A DNA stretch of 27,322 nucleotides from an uncultured Bacteroidales bacterium. GTDB taxonomy: Bacteria > Bacteroidota > Bacteroidia > Bacteroidales > GCA-2748055. How positions within the stretch are numbered: the stretch's first letter is position 1; each line of letters starts with the position of its first letter. The notes beneath the pieces were generated by a model that made no database searches, was not told where the DNA came from, and worked only from the letters and a program-made list of their open reading frames with translations. Made by a program: the position numbers and the translations under genes. The stretch is taken from NCBI GenBank assembly GCA_965369105.1, contig CBDUPM010000001.1, positions 1 through 27,322 of the forward strand, read 5' to 3'. Positions 9,010-18,608 of this stretch are shown piece by piece.

Positions 9010-10980
9010 TCAGTCCAGCAAGCTGAAAGGATCATTTGTTTCAGTCATCCAGGCCTTAAGGGCATTTTTCAACCGGTTTTTATGAATGCTATAATTCGTA
9101 TTTCCGGCAAGATTTCTCATTTCCCCCGGATCATTTTTTAAATGAAATAATTGTTCATTGTTTCTCCCATAGGAATAAACCATATATTTATATTCATCAT
9201 CCCGGATCATACGACCCATTTTATCCGGATCAGACGGATCAATGGCCAGTTCCGATACCAGGTATTGCCTTACCGTGGTATCCGGATTTTCTATGATGGT
9301 TTTCAGGCTTTTTCCCTGCAAACCCTCCGGGATTTCAATTCCGGCATAGTCCATCATGGTTGGAAGGATATCCAGTCCGCTGACAAGATGAGTATTGTTT
9401 TCAACAGCTTGAGCTTCATGATTAAACCTGCAAATAATAAATGGGACTTTGAGCGATTCCTCATAAAGGGAAAGTTTTGCAGCCCATTTATGTGAAGCTC
9501 CTCCTTCACCGTGATCGGAAGTAAAAATGATAATGGTATTTTCATCCAGCCCCCGTCTTTCCAGTGCAGCGATTATTTTCCCAATCTGAAAATCCGCCAT
9601 TTCCGTAAAACGATAATACTGGAAAAGGTAATTTCTCCAGTCATCCTCTGTAAATTCATGAGTCAGACGGATTTCATTACCATAAGATTCACGGATCCGG
9701 GCATCTCTGATAAATTCAGGTTCTGTGTTGGAAATATTAAAATTATCGGGCAGGGGGGGAGCAGCAGCTGAATTTACCGGTGGCAGATAGGATTCCAGGT
9801 CACCCGGAACCGAACTAATATCTTGAGGATTAAGAAGGGAAACTGCCAGAAGGAAGGGTTCCTTATTTCTTCCTTTAATGAACTTTACCACTTCATCGGT
9901 AAGAGGACCATCATTCATGCTTCCCAAACCGCTGATCTGAATTCCTTCCAGAAAACTTAATAGTTTAAAGCCCCTTACTTCCCTGGACTCAGGTTGGGGA
10001 TAGCTTTCAGGAAGATGCCATTTACCGGCCCACAGAGTGTTATAGCCAGCTTCAGAAAAGTACTCTCCCATCGTTTTTACAGTGCTGTCAATGGCCTGTT
10101 CATTATAGTTTACTCCCGTTTGATGGGGCATCATTCCTGTAATCATCGAACTTCTTGAAGGGCTGCATATGGGTGAAGTACAATAGGATTCTGTGAATTT
10201 TACACCAAATCGTGCCAGGGCATCCATATGGGGTGTCCGGATATAGGGATTTCCATATCCGCTCATGGCTTTCAGTGTTTGCTGATCGGTAAAAACAAAA
10301 AGGAAATTGGGTTTTTGTTTGTTCGCTTCTTCCGGGTCTTCAAAAAATACTGCTTCGAAATTGTGAGGCTTGTTCCAATTGTCATTTTTTCCTTTCCACA
10401 TAAGTTGACTCTCCCGGGCTCCGGTGTCTGCATCATTAATAGCCACATCGAGGAAAAAGTTGTTTCTTGGCCAGAAATGATTTCTTCTTAATCCGGAAAA
10501 GGGAATGCTTACCTGCACCACATAACCACTATCCCGTAATTCGGTATACGCCATGGTTCCAGGGATAGATGTTTTATAACTTCCCGGAAACCATTCTATT
10601 GGAGCTATTTGTTTTTTACCCGGTTCGGGAAGGATAACGGCTTGAAAGACTCCTTTTTCATAGGAATTTTTTAATCTGAGCCGGGGAGGTCTGAAATCAA
10701 AATAGAGCTCTATCCCATCATTCATATAGGATTGTTCCTGACCGGTTTTTAAGGAATCATCAAAAACCTCAATGGTAAAGAGAAGACCTCCGGGAGTTTT
10801 GTTTAAATAAGCGATTGAAGAACAATCAAGCGGGCCTTCCCAGTGCTCTGCTCCCATTACAACCTGTTCCTGGCTGTTAATCGTGATTTTAATAGCGGAT
10901 TGCTCATCAAAGTTCCTGAATCCGGAGCAGGATGAAAGAAATGCCAGTACTATAAACCAGATTGTATTTTTATACTGCAT
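9010..10980 (-). CDS. Lipoprotein: N-terminal CBM9-like/DOMON-like domain fused to a Cys-type formylglycine (S1) sulfatase
   Basis: Signal peptide II (FLSS-C). N-domain VFDDS...NDGIELYFD...GYVVQVSIPF...DVAINDAD...QLMW. Sulfatase motifs FTDQQ, CSPSRSSMITG, GKWHL, FTSDHG, LYEE, QLFHLKNDPGEMRNL. Confidence 0.88.
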   Translation of the reverse strand: MQYKNTIWFIVLAFLSSCSGFRNFDEQSAIKITINSQEQVVMGAEHWEGPLDCSSIAYLNKTPGGLLFTIEVFDDSLKTGQEQSYMNDGIELYFDFRPPRLRLKNSYEKGVFQAVILPEPGKKQIAPIEWFPGSYKTSIPGTMAYTELRDSGYVVQVSIPFSGLRRNHFWPRNNFFLDVAINDADTGARESQLMWKGKNDNWNKPHNFEAVFFEDPEEANKQKPNFLFVFTDQQTLKAMSGYGNPYIRTPHMDALARFGVKFTESYCTSPICSPSRSSMITGMMPHQTGVNYNEQAIDSTVKTMGEYFSEAGYNTLWAGKWHLPESYPQPESREVRGFKLLSFLEGIQISGLGSMNDGPLTDEVVKFIKGRNKEPFLLAVSLLNPQDISSVPGDLESYLPPVNSAAAPPLPDNFNISNTEPEFIRDARIRESYGNEIRLTHEFTEDDWRNYLFQYYRFTEMADFQIGKIIAALERRGLDENTIIIFTSDHGEGGASHKWAAKLSLYEESLKVPFIICRFNHEAQAVENNTHLVSGLDILPTMMDYAGIEIPEGLQGKSLKTIIENPDTTVRQYLVSELAIDPSDPDKMGRMIRDDEYKYMVYSYGRNNEQLFHLKNDPGEMRNLAGNTNYSIHKNRLKNALKAWMTETNDPFSLLD

Positions 10981-11233
10981 ATTTAATTGTAATTAGTTTT
11001 TTTTTCGCAATTAAGGCTGGATTCTGAGCTTATAAAAGTCCGTATTTTCAGGTACAGCCTAACATCAATCTATATGGTATAAAGATAGTTCAATTCTTTT
11101 AGTTTTTAAGTGAATGAAATCGGTCGCAGCTATATTCCCGGAGATTTTCATAAAACCTGGTTTATTTAGGTAGATTGAAAATATAAATGGACTATTGTTT
11201 TTTCTTTTTACCTTTAAATCCAAACAACAATAA

Positions 11234-11860
11234 ATGGGTATAAAAACAAAATACAGCTGGATTGAAACAGCAAAAAGGCTTCAGACCATTGCACAGGCAG
11301 GTCTCGAGTTTTGTCAGAATGATTTTGACCGGGACCGTTATCGGCAGGTTCAGGAAATTGCTTTTGATATCCTGGAACATCACAGTGATCATGAAAGGGA
11401 AGATATAATTGATTTTTTCAGAAATGATAAGGGCTATCCAACTCCAAAAGTGGATGTCAGGGCGGTAATATTTAAAAATGATAAAATATTACTGATCAGG
11501 GAAAAACTGGACGGGAAATGGTCACTTCCGGGTGGCTGGGCCGATCCGCATTTAAGTATCAGGGAAAATCTTGTCAAAGAATCCTGGGAGGAGGCAGGGG
11601 TAAAGGTTGTCCCTCAAAATTTACTTTTTGTTCATGATCGGGCAAAATGGAATTATCCTCCTATACCTCATGGGTGCTATAAGTTTTTTGTGGAATGTAA
11701 ATTTATCAATGGGGAATTCCAGCAAAATACCGAAACTTCTGAATCGGGATTTTTTAGTTTCGACGAACTACCTGATCTTTCCACTCCGAGGAACACCAGG
11801 GAGCAAATTCAGCTTTGTTTTGAGAAGAGAGGGTCTGAATCTGAGGTTGAATTTGATTAA
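11234..11860 (+). CDS. Nudix hydrolase with N-terminal helical extension (ADP-ribose pyrophosphatase-like)
   Basis: N-domain LQTIAQAGLEF...FDRDRY; GYPTPKVDVRAVIF; Nudix box WSLPGGWAD...VKESWEEAG. Confidence 0.9.
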   Translation: MGIKTKYSWIETAKRLQTIAQAGLEFCQNDFDRDRYRQVQEIAFDILEHHSDHEREDIIDFFRNDKGYPTPKVDVRAVIFKNDKILLIREKLDGKWSLPGGWADPHLSIRENLVKESWEEAGVKVVPQNLLFVHDRAKWNYPPIPHGCYKFFVECKFINGEFQQNTETSESGFFSFDELPDLSTPRNTREQIQLCFEKRGSESEVEFD

Positions 11861-11878
11861 AGCGAGAGCACGTAAATC

Positions 11879-12808
11879 CTATTCTTTCAAAAAAGAGATA
11901 TTTCGTTTTAAACCGGAGTACCCCGTTCTTTTTACAGCGCTTCCTTCAAAGAGTTTATTGAATTTTTCTTCTTCCAGATTTTCCCACTCCTGCATTGAGA
12001 GTTCCATTAATTCAGTGAGGGGATTCAATTCGGAATTAGTGTGCCTTTTTAATTTGCGGTTCCATGGACAAACATCCTGGCAAATGTCACATCCGAAAAC
12101 CCGGTTATAAAAGGAATTCTTTAATTCTTCCGGAATTTCAGCTTTGTGTTCAATGGTAAGGTATGAAATGCACTTTTCTGCATTTACGGTCCGATTCGAA
12201 TTGATTGCATGAGTCGGACATTCGTCAATGCAAAGTCTGCAACTTCCACAATGATCTTTTATTTCATGAGTTTCATAGTCGAGTTCCTGGTTGATAATAA
12301 TTTCCCCGATAAAAAAGTAAGATCCCAGTTCTTTATTCAGAAGCAATGAATTCTTTCCTATCCATCCCAGACCTGCGTTCCGGGCAAAAGCATGTTCAAG
12401 GACCGGAGCTGAATCCACAAAATACCGACCTTCAGCGTCAGGTAAAACAAATTGGATAAATTTAAAAAGTTGTTTGAGCTTTTTTTTCATTACCTTATGA
12501 TAATCCCTGCCATAGGCATACCGGGAAACGACCGGAGCAGAAGGGTCTTTTTGCATTTCCGGATTGTAATAATTCAGAATTACTGAAATTACAGACCGGG
12601 CATTCGGAACAAGATTTTTCGGGTTTTTTCTTTTTTCGCTATGCTTTTCAATCCATTTCATTCCGGAATGATAACCTGCATCTAACCATGAATCAAAGAC
12701 TTTCCCGTCTTCTTCCTGATAAGAAGCTTCACTTACCCCACAATTATTAAATCCCAATTCCAGGGCCTTTTCTTTAATAAGACGGGTATTTTCCTGAAGA
12801 TTTTTCAA
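11879..12808 (-). CDS. queG: tRNA epoxyqueuosine(34) reductase
   Basis: SRYAYGRDYH, FVDSAPVLE, GLGWIGKN, two Fe-S motifs (CGSCRLCIDECPT; GCDICQDVCPWN) and CISYLTIE. TTG start. Confidence 0.95.
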   Translation of the reverse strand: MKNLQENTRLIKEKALELGFNNCGVSEASYQEEDGKVFDSWLDAGYHSGMKWIEKHSEKRKNPKNLVPNARSVISVILNYYNPEMQKDPSAPVVSRYAYGRDYHKVMKKKLKQLFKFIQFVLPDAEGRYFVDSAPVLEHAFARNAGLGWIGKNSLLLNKELGSYFFIGEIIINQELDYETHEIKDHCGSCRLCIDECPTHAINSNRTVNAEKCISYLTIEHKAEIPEELKNSFYNRVFGCDICQDVCPWNRKLKRHTNSELNPLTELMELSMQEWENLEEEKFNKLFEGSAVKRTGYSGLKRNISFLKE

Positions 12809-12814
12809 AAAGTT

Positions 12815-13135
12815 TTATAGTAATCCCAATTCCAGTTTGGCTTCATCTGTTAGCATAGACTGATCCCATGGAGGATCAAAAGTTAAATTTACGCTGGCTT
12901 TTGTGACACCTTCCACGGTGGATACCTGATCGCGTACATCTTCAACAAGAGAATCGGCAACAGGACAATTCGGTGCAGTTAAGGTCATGGTAACTTCCAC
13001 CGAATAATCATCTTTCACATCAATTTCATAGATTAATCCCAGCTCGTAAATATTTACCGGGATTTCAGGATCGTAAATATTTTTCAAAACCATTACGATA
13101 TCTGATTCTATGTCCATTATATTTCTTGTACTCAT
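12815..13135 (-). CDS. sufT: SUF-associated Fe-S assembly protein (DUF59/MIP18)
   Basis: IYDPEIPVNIYELGLIY, MTLTAPNCPVA, LTFDPPW, EAKLELG. Start at 13135 (or 13117) rather than 13198. Confidence 0.9.
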   Translation of the reverse strand: MSTRNIMDIESDIVMVLKNIYDPEIPVNIYELGLIYEIDVKDDYSVEVTMTLTAPNCPVADSLVEDVRDQVSTVEGVTKASVNLTFDPPWDQSMLTDEAKLELGLL

Positions 13136-13247
13136 AATTATCTTCCTTCCTGGTTTAACTGTAAACCTTCCACGCACACATCTGTATCGTATAAACAAAC
13201 AAGCTTAATCTTCTGTTCAAGCCAAAAACGAAGGAAATTTACGGTTT

Positions 13248-13676
13248 TCAGCTTGTTTTATATTTCGAATGATAGGCCAGGGCGTACAGTTTCATTTTTT
13301 TTACCATAGCCAACAAACCATTCGAACGGGTTGGGGAAAGATTTTCCTTTAATCCTATTTTATCGATGAAATACAGATCTGTATTCATTATTTCAGCAGC
13401 ATTCTGATGATTCAAAACTTTAATCAAAAGGGCAACAATACCCTTTACAATAATGGCATCACTGTCGGCAGTATAGGTCATTTTACCCTGATCAAATTCA
13501 GCATTCAGCCATACTTTTGATTGACATCCGTTAATAATGTATTCATCGGTTTTAAATTTCCCATCAATTTCTGGTAGTTCGTGCCCGAGTTCAATTAAAT
13601 AATTATAGCGGTCCATCCAGTCATCGAACATGGAAAATTCTTCTATGATTTGATCCTGTATCTCGTTAATTGTCAT
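13248..13676 (-). CDS. sufE: Cysteine desulfuration sulfur-acceptor SufE
   Basis: WMDRYNYLIELG, INGCQSKVW, ADSDAIIVKGIVALL, LSPTRSNGL. The ORF-track TTG at 13694 falls within the promoter box, so the start is at 13676. Confidence 0.94.
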   Translation of the reverse strand: MTINEIQDQIIEEFSMFDDWMDRYNYLIELGHELPEIDGKFKTDEYIINGCQSKVWLNAEFDQGKMTYTADSDAIIVKGIVALLIKVLNHQNAAEIMNTDLYFIDKIGLKENLSPTRSNGLLAMVKKMKLYALAYHSKYKTS

Positions 13677-13691
13677 AAATAAATCTTTGTA

Positions 13692-13699
13692 CAAAGATA
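13692..13699 (-). promoter_or_regulatory. Internal -7 promoter element (TATCTTTG) upstream of sufE
   Basis: CAAAGATA on +; exact TAnnTTTG match in the 33-bp sufS-sufE gap. Confidence 0.55.
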
Positions 13700-13709
13700 A
13701 AAAAGCTTA

Positions 13710-14933
13710 TCATTTCAACATCATGGCGGCGGTTTCAATCCCCTCTGCCAGCTTATCAATTTCCTCCTTGGTATTATAAAAAACCAGGGATGCCCTGATA
13801 GTTCCTGAAATTTCAAAATGATCCATAACCGGCTGGGCACAATGGCTTCCGGTTCTGATGGCTATTCCCATTTTATCTAAAATCATTCCCATATCATAGG
13901 GGTGAATCTTTCCAACCAGAAAGGATTGTACACAGATTTTGTTTTTAGCATTCCCGTATATCCTCAATCCATCGATCTCCTGCAGTTTGCGGTTAGAATA
14001 TTCCAATAATTGATGTTCATAACCGGCGATCGCCTCAAGCCCTGTTTTTTGCAGGTATTCGATTGATTTGGCAAGTCCGATTGCACCTGTATAGTTTGCA
14101 GTCCCGGCTTCAAATTTAAATGGAAGCACATTATAGGTGGTCTTTTCAAAGCTCACACAATCGACCATATCTCCGCCACCCTGGTAGGGGGGCAATTCTT
14201 CCAGGTATTTTTCTTTCCCGTATAAAACTCCGATTCCTGTTGGACCAAATATTTTATGACCTGAAAAGGCATAAAAGTCTGCATCCAGCTCACGGACATC
14301 CAGCTTTCCGTGTTGAACTGCCTGGGCGCCATCCAGTAAAACCGGGATATCATGGCTGTGGGCGATCCGGATGATTTCCTTTACCGGGTTAATGGTCCCC
14401 AGTGTATTGGAAACATGACTTACAGCTACCAGTTTGGTTTTTTCGGTAATCAGAAGCTTAAATTCATTCAGCATCAATTCACCGGCTTCATTAAAAGGGA
14501 TGATTTTTAAATGAGCTTTTTTTCTTTCACAAAGCATTTGCCAGGGAACAATATTCGAATGATGTTCCATTTCAGAAATGATGATTTCATCTCCTTCCTG
14601 TATATATTTTTCACCAAAAGCAAAAGCAATCAGATTAATGGATCCGGTTGTACCAGAGGTAAATACGATTTCATTTTTGCTTTGAGCATTAATAAAACGC
14701 CTGACTTCCTCCCGCGCATTCTCATATTCATCGGTCATAGCTCCGCTCAGGTAGTGGACTCCCCTGTGGATACTGCTGTTGGTTAAGGAATTAATCTCAT
14801 TGATTTTATCAATTACCACCCGGGGCTTTTGAGTAGTTGCCCCATTGTCCATGTAAATCAGGGGTTTATTATAAACCTTTTGATCAAGAATTGGAAAATC
14901 TTTCCGGATTTTATGAACGTCAAATGATGCCAT
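13710..14933 (-). CDS. sufS: Cysteine desulfurase, SufS subfamily
   Basis: YMDNGATTQKP, SEMEHHSNIVPWQ, DGAQAV, PLP-Lys motif FSGHKIFGPTG, FEAGT, catalytic RTGSHCAQP. The ATG overlaps the sufD stop (TAATG). Confidence 0.96.
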   Translation of the reverse strand: MASFDVHKIRKDFPILDQKVYNKPLIYMDNGATTQKPRVVIDKINEINSLTNSSIHRGVHYLSGAMTDEYENAREEVRRFINAQSKNEIVFTSGTTGSINLIAFAFGEKYIQEGDEIIISEMEHHSNIVPWQMLCERKKAHLKIIPFNEAGELMLNEFKLLITEKTKLVAVSHVSNTLGTINPVKEIIRIAHSHDIPVLLDGAQAVQHGKLDVRELDADFYAFSGHKIFGPTGIGVLYGKEKYLEELPPYQGGGDMVDCVSFEKTTYNVLPFKFEAGTANYTGAIGLAKSIEYLQKTGLEAIAGYEHQLLEYSNRKLQEIDGLRIYGNAKNKICVQSFLVGKIHPYDMGMILDKMGIAIRTGSHCAQPVMDHFEISGTIRASLVFYNTKEEIDKLAEGIETAAMMLK

Positions 14934-16300
14934 TACCGACAATTCATTTTACAATTATTGCACCTGGAAAGTTCCCCCCGTAATCGTTTATCAACTAAAT
15001 CCGTAATTCTTTCCCTCAAAGCTGGAAGCTTTATCTGGGAAAGTACTTCATGAGCAAAAGCATACATTAACAGGTGCATACTTTCTTTCTCAGGAATACC
15101 TCTTGAACGAAGATAGAATTTAGCTTCTTCATCGAGTTGACCAACCGTGGCGCCATGTGAACACTTAACATCATCTGCATAGATTTCCAGCTGGGGTTTG
15201 GAATTCATTTTAGCGGTATCGGTTAAGAGAATGTTGTTATTCTTCTGGTAGGCAAGTGTTTTCTGAGCATCCGGCCATACATGTATTCTGCCTGTAAAAG
15301 CTCCTTTTGCATTTTCATCCAGGATACCTTTATAGAGCTGATTGGACAGACAATGGGGTTTTTTATGATTGATATAAATGAAATTATCCACTTTTTGATC
15401 CTGGTCGGCAAGGAACAGGCCTATGGCATTGTTTTCACAATTTTCATCATTCATATGAACATAGAGATTATTCCGGATTACCCCTCCATGCAGACTTATT
15501 GTATTCGAGCTTAGTTTACTGTCTCTCTCCTGGTGAGCATAGGTATTGGTAATTTGCACAGAACCGTTATGTTCATTCTGAACCCGGGTAATATCAAAAT
15601 TTGAATTTTTTCCGCTGAATATTTCAGTAACCGAGTTAGTCAGGAATTCATTTGTACTTAAAGTGTGATCACAAATGAGAACCTCCCCCTGAGCTCCTTC
15701 TTCCACAACGAATAAGTTTCGATGCTGAACCATTTGATCTTCATTGGAAAGCAAAAGATGAATGATCTGAATGGATTTTTCGAGTTTTACATTCCTGGGA
15801 ATATAAACAAAAACACCATCCTGGGCGAAAGCCGTATTTAATGCTGTGATGGAATCATTTTTATAATCGCCGTATTGGTACAGATGTTTTTTCACAATAT
15901 CCGGATGATCAATCATTGCCTGTTTCAGGCTCCCCATTATGGCACCGTTCGGCAGATAAGTGAGTTTTTCTCCCTGATCATAGTAAAAACCGTTTACCAC
16001 CAGTAAAGCCCGTGTATCCAGTTCGGGAATATCGCAGCTGAAAATATCTTCAATTTCAAACTCAATATTCTTAGGCTCAAATACATGGTTGTGCTCTTTA
16101 AAAAGCAATTCTCCAATATTGGTATATTTATAGGCTTCTGTTTTTCGGCCCGGTAATTTTAAGTGAGCAACAGCTTCTATGGCCTGATCCCGTATGGTGT
16201 TAGTATATTCATCACCCTTGGTGTGCAAAAGTTTCCTGTTTGCCTCGAAAAGGCTAACAAAGCTTTGAGTTACATCTGCAAGTTTTAAATCAATTGTCAT
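14933..16300 (-). CDS. sufD: Fe-S cluster assembly protein SufD
   Basis: KTEAYKYT, ALNTAFAQDG, QLYKGILD, SKPQLEIYADDVKCSHGATVGQLD, FYLRSRGI; Cys-rich tail CNNCKMNCR. Confidence 0.96.
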   Translation of the reverse strand: MTIDLKLADVTQSFVSLFEANRKLLHTKGDEYTNTIRDQAIEAVAHLKLPGRKTEAYKYTNIGELLFKEHNHVFEPKNIEFEIEDIFSCDIPELDTRALLVVNGFYYDQGEKLTYLPNGAIMGSLKQAMIDHPDIVKKHLYQYGDYKNDSITALNTAFAQDGVFVYIPRNVKLEKSIQIIHLLLSNEDQMVQHRNLFVVEEGAQGEVLICDHTLSTNEFLTNSVTEIFSGKNSNFDITRVQNEHNGSVQITNTYAHQERDSKLSSNTISLHGGVIRNNLYVHMNDENCENNAIGLFLADQDQKVDNFIYINHKKPHCLSNQLYKGILDENAKGAFTGRIHVWPDAQKTLAYQKNNNILLTDTAKMNSKPQLEIYADDVKCSHGATVGQLDEEAKFYLRSRGIPEKESMHLLMYAFAHEVLSQIKLPALRERITDLVDKRLRGELSRCNNCKMNCR

Positions 16301-16310
16301 ATTCGACCTC

Positions 16311-17066
16311 CTATTCCGCTGTTAATTCCGCACCAATCCATTCATAACCCTTTTCTTCAAGCTCAAGAGCAAGGCTTTTATCTCCTGATTTTACAATTCT
16401 TCCTTTATAGAGAACATGAACAAAATCAGGAATTATATAATCCAGCAGGCGCTGATAGTGAGTAATGACAATGGAGGCAGTTTCAGGACTTCTTAATTGG
16501 TTAACGCCTTTTGCTACTATCCTCAGGGCGTCGATATCAAGCCCGGAATCTGTTTCATCCAGAATGGCCAGTTTCGGTTCAAGCAATGCCATTTGAAAAA
16601 TCTCATTTTTTTTCTTTTCTCCACCTGAAAAACCTTCGTTCACCGACCGGTTTGTCAGGTTTGAATCTATTCCCACGATGCTTTTCTTTGCATGCATTAA
16701 TTTTAAGAATTCTCCTGCCGATAAGGGTTCAAGGTTTTTATATTTCCTTTGTTCGTTTATGGCACTTCTCATGAAATTAACCATACTTACACCCGGGATT
16801 TCCACAGGGTACTGGAATCCAAGGAAAATTCCCTCAAGAGCGCGCACCTCCGGAGCCATTTCCAGTAAATCCTTACCCATATACTCCACACTTCCTCCAG
16901 TGATGTTTGCATACTCCCTTCCTGCCAGGGCTGATGCAAGGGTACTTTTCCCGGAACCGTTGGGCCCCATTATTGCGTGGACTTCCCCTGGTTTAACGTT
17001 TAGGCTAATACCTTTGAGAATTTGCCTGCCATCAATGTTTACCTGTAAATTATCTATTTTTAACAT
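16311..17066 (-). CDS. sufC: Fe-S cluster assembly ATPase SufC
   Basis: Walker A GPNGSGKST, FQYPVEIPGV, signature FSGGEKKKNEI, Walker B ILDETDSGLDIDAL, ITHYQRLL. Confidence 0.97.
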   Translation of the reverse strand: MLKIDNLQVNIDGRQILKGISLNVKPGEVHAIMGPNGSGKSTLASALAGREYANITGGSVEYMGKDLLEMAPEVRALEGIFLGFQYPVEIPGVSMVNFMRSAINEQRKYKNLEPLSAGEFLKLMHAKKSIVGIDSNLTNRSVNEGFSGGEKKKNEIFQMALLEPKLAILDETDSGLDIDALRIVAKGVNQLRSPETASIVITHYQRLLDYIIPDFVHVLYKGRIVKSGDKSLALELEEKGYEWIGAELTAE

Positions 17067-17088
17067 TATAATATTGTATTTTCATTTA

Positions 17089-18534
17089 TTAACCTACACT
17101 ACCTTCAAGTGAAATGGCCAGTAGTTTCTGTGCTTCAACAGCAAACTCCATGGGGAGCTTATTCAGAACCTCCTTTGCATAACCATTAACAATCATTCCA
17201 ATAGCAATTTCTGTATCAATCCCTCTTTGATTAAAGTAGAATATCTGATCTTCACCAATTTTAGATGTGGTAGCCTCATGTTCCACCACCGATGATTTAT
17301 TATCAGTTTCTATGTATGGGAAGGTGTGAGCACCACATTTATCTCCCAGTAATAATGAATCACATTGTGAAAAATTCCTGGCTTTTTCTGCACCTTTTAA
17401 TATTTTAACCAACCCCCGATAGGAATTCTGACTCAGTCCGGCGCTGATTCCTTTTGAAACGATCAGGCTCCTGGTGTTTTTCCCGATATGAGTCATTTTG
17501 GATCCGGTATCTGCCTGCTGGTGGTTGTTGGTAACAGCAACAGAATAAAATTCCCCGGATGAATTATCCCCTCTTAATATACAACTTGGATATTTCCAGG
17601 TAACGGCTGATCCGGTTTCCACCTGGGTCCATGATATTTTTGAATTATCGCCCTTACACATCCCTCTTTTGGTTACGAAATTATAAATTCCGCCTTTCCC
17701 GTTCTTATCTCCCGGATACCAGTTTTGAACCGTTGAATATTTCAGATCGGCATTTTCCATAGCTACCAGTTCAACAACAGCAGCATGCAACTGATTTTCA
17801 TCTCTTTGAGGTGCCGTGCAGCCTTCCAGGTAACTTACATAGCTGTTATCATCCGCTATCAGTAAAGTCCTTTCAAACTGTCCTGTATTTGCCGCATTTA
17901 TCCTGAAATAGGTCGAAAGTTCCATAGGGCACCTGACCCCTTTGGGGATATAACAAAAAGAACCATCGCTAAAAACAGCGGAGTTCAGAGCTGCAAAATA
18001 ATTGTCCGTGGCAGGCACAACTGAGCCTAAATATTTTTTTACCAGGTCGGGGTGATTTTGCACAGCTTCACTGAAAGAACAGAAAATTATTCCTAATTCA
18101 GCCAGGGTTTCACTAAAGGTTGTTTTAACTGAAACACTGTCCATTACAGCATCCACCGCTACACCGGCAAGTGCTTTTTGCTCTTCAAGTGGTATTCCGA
18201 GCTTGTTAAAGGTATCGATCAGTTCAGGATCTACTTCGTCCATGCTTTCATATTTTGCACCCTGTTTGGGAGCAGCATAATATATAATATCCTGATAATC
18301 AATCACAGGAATATTCAGATGGGCCCATTCCGGCATTTTCATTTTTAACCAGTATCTATAGGCTTTCAATCTGAATTCCAGTAACCATTCCGGTTCATTT
18401 TTCTTGGATGAAATTAGCCTGATAACGTCTTCATTCAAGCCTTTTCCAATAGATTCCGTCTCAATATCTGTATAAAAACCGTATTTATAGTCACTATTCG
18501 TTACCTCACTTAAAATCTTATCTTGCTCATTCAT
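17089..18534 (-). CDS. sufB: Fe-S cluster assembly protein SufB
   Basis: [74 protein letters not shown]. Confidence 0.98.
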   Translation of the reverse strand: MNEQDKILSEVTNSDYKYGFYTDIETESIGKGLNEDVIRLISSKKNEPEWLLEFRLKAYRYWLKMKMPEWAHLNIPVIDYQDIIYYAAPKQGAKYESMDEVDPELIDTFNKLGIPLEEQKALAGVAVDAVMDSVSVKTTFSETLAELGIIFCSFSEAVQNHPDLVKKYLGSVVPATDNYFAALNSAVFSDGSFCYIPKGVRCPMELSTYFRINAANTGQFERTLLIADDNSYVSYLEGCTAPQRDENQLHAAVVELVAMENADLKYSTVQNWYPGDKNGKGGIYNFVTKRGMCKGDNSKISWTQVETGSAVTWKYPSCILRGDNSSGEFYSVAVTNNHQQADTGSKMTHIGKNTRSLIVSKGISAGLSQNSYRGLVKILKGAEKARNFSQCDSLLLGDKCGAHTFPYIETDNKSSVVEHEATTSKIGEDQIFYFNQRGIDTEIAIGMIVNGYAKEVLNKLPMEFAVEAQKLLAISLEGSVG

Positions 18535-18587
18535 ATGCTTATAGGTTCTTAAAACCTCATTTATTTAGATTAAATACAAATAGAGAG

Positions 18588-18595
18588 CAAAGATA
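18588..18595 (-). promoter_or_regulatory. suf operon -7 promoter element (TATCTTTG)
   Basis: CAAAGATA on +, 53 nt upstream of the sufB ATG; exact TAnnTTTG match. Confidence 0.65.
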
Positions 18596-18608
18596 TAAAA
18601 TTATTTAC

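Noticed and set aside
13136-13247. 112-bp sufE-sufT gap with an imperfect long-range repeat (GTAAACCTTC / GAAGGAAATTTAC)
   Set aside because: Bulged stem with a loop of about 60 nt, no U-tract, and no tRNA or known ncRNA pattern.
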